DNA of 64,000 nt from a virus. The notes under the pieces were generated by a model. The model saw nothing but the letters and a program-made list of their open reading frames with translations, did no database searches and had not been told where the DNA came from. The stretch spans positions 114,985 to 178,984 of IMG/VR virus record IMGVR_UViG_3300044712_002690. One strand, written 5' to 3'. This document shows positions 60,790 through 64,000 of this stretch, piece after piece (the stretch's first letter is position 1; each line of letters opens with the position of its first letter). Position numbers and translations under genes: made by a program.

Positions 60790-61444
60790 AATCCCACTCC
60801 TTCATTCCTGACCAAGGATCTAAATAAGTTCGAGGATCTTGCTTATCTCGTTTCCAAGTATCGCTATAAGCATAAGTGTAAGGTTTATATTTATAGTCGG
60901 TATTGGAAAACTCAATTCCATCCTCTTCCGTGAAATCACCATAAGTGATAATCTGCTTTGGAGTAATTACAGCGAATTTACCTTTGGCATACTTAAGAGC
61001 ATCAACTCCAAGTACTCCAACAAGCATAGCAAGCGCTCGAGTATCACTCATAGCTCCAACAGGCAAACGACCTTGACTAATGCTGATAGATAAAACAATG
61101 GATTCGTAATCCGGATGGGTTCCATTATGGAACACAATCGGCTTAGTGCCTGCATAAGCAAGCTTAATAGGACTCATCGGTTCTCCAATGAACGGATGAG
61201 TAAGTGCTTGACATACCTCACCAGCACTTTTCTTACGGAAGTGAACAACATGAGATCTTTTCCTGCGAGTAATTTTACGATAAGCATCCCATGCTTGTTC
61301 TTGTTCCATAAACCCTTTCACATAAACAATCTTTCCTGCTGGGGTAGCATAACCCATTCCAACTCCATCTGAGTTATTACCCCAGCAGTATTCAAATTCT
61401 TGATCCGTCATTTTACGATCATTGCATACTGCAATTATACACAT
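60782..61444 (-). CDS. Class II (Ntn) glutamine amidotransferase
   Basis: Start re-assigned to MCII (N-terminal Cys, AGGAGG RBS); NSDGVG, HFR, HPF, FHNG, SDT. Confidence 0.9.
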   Translation of the reverse strand: MCIIAVCNDRKMTDQEFEYCWGNNSDGVGMGYATPAGKIVYVKGFMEQEQAWDAYRKITRRKRSHVVHFRKKSAGEVCQALTHPFIGEPMSPIKLAYAGTKPIVFHNGTHPDYESIVLSISISQGRLPVGAMSDTRALAMLVGVLGVDALKYAKGKFAVITPKQIITYGDFTEEDGIEFSNTDYKYKPYTYAYSDTWKRDKQDPRTYLDPWSGMKEWDYD

Positions 61445-61454
61445 TAGAAACCTC

Positions 61455-63305
61455 CTAGTTAGATTCTCCATCACGTTCACTGTCGTCACTTGGAACAGGG
61501 TCAACTTCTTCTCCGCACTGTTGCTCCACTGTATTATAATAGATAGGAGCACTACTGAAAGTAGCAGTAAACCTAGTTGTACTAGTGTCTTGAGACCAAG
61601 GTGGAGGAGTAGATACTCGTCCTAGCCTCAATGACTCTAAGACTCCTCTTGGTTCCCTTTCGCTGCTTTGATTTGAGAAATAACTTCTTACATCCATGGG
61701 ACAATCAGAAGGTAAAGAACGTAGACGAGAACGAATAGCTCTTTTTATATCCGAGATAATTTGTTCTACTTGACTACTTTCTAATCGACCCATCCTAAAG
61801 GCAAAAGGCAATCCAGCAAGGAGAAGGTATTGTGGATTACCTCCTTGAGGATAAGGAGTAGCAGAGAATCCTCTAATGTCCAAACCACAACAAACTAATC
61901 CTCTCTGTTCAGCAAGACCAAAGAACCTAACTGGTACGCTACGACGAGTTGTCCGAATACTTCTAACTGCTTCTGTAAGTCTAATCCTTATAACAGGTTC
62001 CCAATCATCACTAAACTGTATGTTAAAGTTAGGTGGAAGATTAGGAGCTGCCTTTTTAACTTTGGGGACAGTCTTCTTAAACTTTTTGTTGTCCCAATAA
62101 GAAGCAATGTTATACTTATACGGATCTTGTTCTTTAAACTTCTTGATATAATCAAGATAGTAAGAAGCTTCGCCTTCAGTTAAACCTACTTGCATTAATT
62201 CTTCTACACTAGGTTCGCCAGTAGGATTAACCCAGAAGCTATGTCTCTTGAAATACAACTGCATGATTTGTTGAGCAAGCTTCATCGTTACAAGAGTCAT
62301 TGTAGGGTGACCAAAGATTGCTGACGGGGGAGTACGATATTCAAAGCCATGAGGCTGAGTACGATACTGACCCAGTCGACAATATTGACCACGCGCTTCT
62401 CCACTAAGCTTTAGCGTAGGTTGACCAATAAAGTAATCGAAAAGAGTAATAAGATTTTTAGGAGGATCAATAGGATGACCAACTCCTATATGGATATGAC
62501 CACCAAGAGGAAAATATCTACCTCCTACACTAAAGACATCCTCTTTAGGAACCATACTAGAAAATATACTGCGCATATTTTCTACAAATTGCTTAGGGGA
62601 GTCAGCAGGATCAGGTCTCAGTTCTACCTGATGTCCTGAACCATCTACCCCAAGCTTTTCGTCCCTAAAGTAAGCAGAGACATCTCCATTGTCTTCGTCA
62701 CTACGAAGATCAACCGCGCAACCATTAGCCATCAATTCAAACTCAGGATCTGCTCCAAGAGTAATTTCAGGTATCTCATAATGTTCATTTACCGTATTTA
62801 CTTCTTCAAGCAATCCTTGGCTATGGAGAGCTTCAATTATCTTCCAGAGAAGGTCTACGCCTAAAAGCGTATGTGTTAGATCGCAGACATACAATACATT
62901 GATGTCAGGAAGAAGATAACCAATGTGCTTACCATTCATATCTGTTAGATGCAACAATTCAGAAGGAGCATCGTCAGACTTTTCTATCTCACAACGACTG
63001 AATTGTGCATAACCTCGATCCCTATAACGTTCAGGACGATGTTTATCTCCTGCATCCTCTAGATTAAAAGACAACTTTAATTGTCTTTCTTTTTTAACAG
63101 CAATCACTTCCTCATTAGTGCAGTTAATAAATAAAGCATTTGTCCAGTTATAACCATCGAACCAAATTTGGCAATGGTTATTAGCTGAGGAGAAATACTT
63201 TTTAGCTTCAGGATATTTTGAAACAAAGAGGGGAAGGTATTCCCTCCCCTCTTGTTCCCGGTCCTGCATGCTTCGAAGGTCTATGTCAGACATTTGTACA
63301 TGCAT
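61455..63305 (-). CDS. phiEco32-like COOH-NH2 ligase type 2
   Basis: LGADPEFEL, LGVDG..QVELRP, LGGHIHIG, FEYRTPPS. Confidence 0.85.
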   Translation of the reverse strand: MHVQMSDIDLRSMQDREQEGREYLPLFVSKYPEAKKYFSSANNHCQIWFDGYNWTNALFINCTNEEVIAVKKERQLKLSFNLEDAGDKHRPERYRDRGYAQFSRCEIEKSDDAPSELLHLTDMNGKHIGYLLPDINVLYVCDLTHTLLGVDLLWKIIEALHSQGLLEEVNTVNEHYEIPEITLGADPEFELMANGCAVDLRSDEDNGDVSAYFRDEKLGVDGSGHQVELRPDPADSPKQFVENMRSIFSSMVPKEDVFSVGGRYFPLGGHIHIGVGHPIDPPKNLITLFDYFIGQPTLKLSGEARGQYCRLGQYRTQPHGFEYRTPPSAIFGHPTMTLVTMKLAQQIMQLYFKRHSFWVNPTGEPSVEELMQVGLTEGEASYYLDYIKKFKEQDPYKYNIASYWDNKKFKKTVPKVKKAAPNLPPNFNIQFSDDWEPVIRIRLTEAVRSIRTTRRSVPVRFFGLAEQRGLVCCGLDIRGFSATPYPQGGNPQYLLLAGLPFAFRMGRLESSQVEQIISDIKRAIRSRLRSLPSDCPMDVRSYFSNQSSEREPRGVLESLRLGRVSTPPPWSQDTSTTRFTATFSSAPIYYNTVEQQCGEEVDPVPSDDSERDGESN

Positions 63306-63313
63306 ACAGCCTC

Positions 63314-64000
63314 CTAATACGAAATACCTTGTCTAGCACGAACAACCAGAGCAGCGATAATATCGCTATTTTCTTCAGGAGAAAGTGCGCCAGTCCGGAA
63401 AGCATAAGGCAGACCGACGACGACAGTTTCATCATTGTCGCCATGATTCGGATGACCAACCGTCTCGAAGTTAGTTACCGAGATACCAGCGACAACACGA
63501 CCGCGTTTAGCAGCCAAGCCGTAGAGAAGGAAACGATACGAGTCACGAGCTTTAAGATCTTTAATCGCTGCCTTCACTTGAGCTTTAATTTCTTCACTCC
63601 AGTCATCGCTAAAGTCAACTCGAATAGGTTCGTCAGGAACAGCAGCCATTTCTGCTTCTTTGCTAAACCGTTCGGGTACCCAAGCGGCACAGACATTCTC
63701 GGAAGAATGAACCGAACGGAACGAACGAACGTACTCGACATAGAAGGTAGCTTCCTCAGCAGTCAGACCCAAGGCAATCAGATCAGCTTGATTAGCAGAC
63801 CCTTTTTCCTTGATAGTAAATTCTTCCTCGTCAATATACTTTTTCATGACAAGGTCAAGAATTTTATAAGTCAGATAAGTCATCTGAGGATTGCTGAACG
63901 TACCCGACGACGGCGTACGGTATTCGAAGCCATGGGGTTGACCACGATGCGCGCTCAACCGACCATAATCTCCACGAGCAGTACCATTCATTTTCATGCT
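63314..64000 (-). CDS. Second COOH-NH2 ligase type 2 paralogue (5'-truncated by window edge)
   Basis: ARGDYGRL...QPHGFEYRTPSS...FSDDW...YGLAAKRG...GLPYAFR matches the C-terminal half of 61455..63305; frame open to the window end. Confidence 0.85.
   Translation of the reverse strand, partial: SMKMNGTARGDYGRLSAHRGQPHGFEYRTPSSGTFSNPQMTYLTYKILDLVMKKYIDEEEFTIKEKGSANQADLIALGLTAEEATFYVEYVRSFRSVHSSENVCAAWVPERFSKEAEMAAVPDEPIRVDFSDDWSEEIKAQVKAAIKDLKARDSYRFLLYGLAAKRGRVVAGISVTNFETVGHPNHGDNDETVVVGLPYAFRTGALSPEENSDIIAALVVRARQGISY

Noticed and set aside
2692-62639. Plus-strand ORFs in the ORF track other than 41513..41956
   Set aside because: They lie antisense to well-supported minus-strand genes, lack RBSs and read as low-complexity shadow translations
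1-64000. Stop-codon reassignment (alternative genetic code)
   Set aside because: Recognisable enzymes are full length under code 11 and genes tile densely using TAA, TAG and TGA stops

Overview
AT-rich (roughly 30% GC by eye) 64-kb segment of a large tailed bacteriophage genome, with almost all genes on the minus strand. The host is unknown; several lipoprotein or secreted genes and STAS genes are compatible with a diderm host. Left (0-13.8 kb): virion module of mosaic tail-fibre-like proteins, two of them with LamG domains, plus a fibre-assembly-like protein. Middle (14-49 kb): dense accessory region with a metallophosphoesterase, a Pol-beta nucleotidyltransferase, a radical SAM/SPASM enzyme carrying a Tyr-repeat tail, thioredoxin, a ThyX-like protein, a pentapeptide-repeat protein, a Lar-like protein, an ATP-grasp, a DenV-like glycosylase, a permuted papain-like amidase, four STAS proteins, ParB and methyltransferase-like genes, a DHH phosphoesterase, an acyl-carrier-protein look-alike lacking the phosphopantetheine Ser, a 116-nt tRNA-like RNA, a second structured RNA and many small Zn-finger and membrane ORFs. 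Right (50-64 kb): MoxR/vWA pair, an Sm/Hfq-like protein, a near-tandem array of 13 diverged ~70-95 aa paralogues, RtcB, and a phiEco32-type amidoligase cluster with a duplicated COOH-NH2 ligase. No CRISPR array, integrase, transposase or reverse transcriptase was seen. All family calls come from motif recognition by eye; no database search was run.
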